Shown here in pieces: positions 18,727 to 19,133 of a stretch of 19,133 nucleotides of DNA (positions are counted from its first letter, which is position 1; each line of letters begins with the position of its first letter). Under the pieces are notes generated by a model, which was not told where the DNA came from, made no database searches, and was given only the letters and a program-made list of their open reading frames with translations. The stretch is from Octopus sinensis (taxonomy: Eukaryota), in contig NW_021824328.1 of the NCBI RefSeq assembly GCF_006345805.1, forward strand, positions 1 to 19,133. Reading direction: 5' to 3'. The translations under genes and the position numbers were made by a program.

Positions 18727-19118
18727 CTCTTTTACTTGTTTCAGACATTTGACTGCGGCCATGCTGGAGCACCACCTTTAATCGAGCAACTCGACCCCAG
18801 GACTTATTCTTTTGTAAGCCCAGTACTTATTCTATCGGTCTCTTTTGCCAAACTGCTAAGTAACGTGGACATAAACACACCAGCATCGGTTGTCAAGCGA
18901 TGTTGGGGGGACAAACACAGACACACAAACACACACACGCATATATATATATATACATATATACGACAGGCTTCTTTCAGTTTCCGTCTACCAAATCCAC
19001 TCACAAGGCTTTGGTCGGCCCGAGGCTATAGTAGAAGACACTTGCCCAAGGTGCCACGCAGTGGGACTGAACCCAGAATGTGGTTGGTTTGCCAGCTACT
19101 TACCACACAGCCACTCCT
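18727..19118 (-). mobile_element. Near full-length tRNA/CORE-type SINE
   Basis: Minus: AGGAGTGGCTGTGTGGTAAG (A box), GGGTTCAGTCCC (B-box-like), TGGCACCTTGGGCAAGTGTCTT (CORE-like), internal (TA)(TG) tract, ends GAAACAAGTAAAAGAG. Confidence 0.9.
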
Positions 19119-19133
19119 ATATATATATATAAT

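Overview
Repeat-saturated, AT-rich eukaryotic non-coding DNA. The SINE, Helitron and microsatellite inventory looks cephalopod, most likely Octopus (inference from repeat recognition, not a database match). No host protein-coding exon, rRNA, true tRNA gene or CRISPR is supported. Almost all long ORFs in the track are artefacts of stop-free (ATGT)n/(ACAT)n arrays. Real protein homology is limited to two broken retrotransposons: a 5'-truncated R4/Dong-clade LINE (RT end, CCHC knuckle, restriction-like endonuclease; 8823-10174 +) sitting between (TAA)n tracts, and a Penelope-like RT fragment (16760-16999 -). The rest is tRNA-derived SINEs of at least three families, three to four non-autonomous Helitrons, two copies of a TIR MITE (one nested in a long palindrome), SINE-derived tandem arrays, a 65-bp VNTR and a 2.6-kb (ATGT)n array. 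The most notable signals are Penelope-type minimal hammerhead ribozyme motifs on the minus strand, a SINE flanked by a 128-bp direct repeat, a B-box-dense SINE-derived satellite, and a strong minus-strand bias of retroelements.
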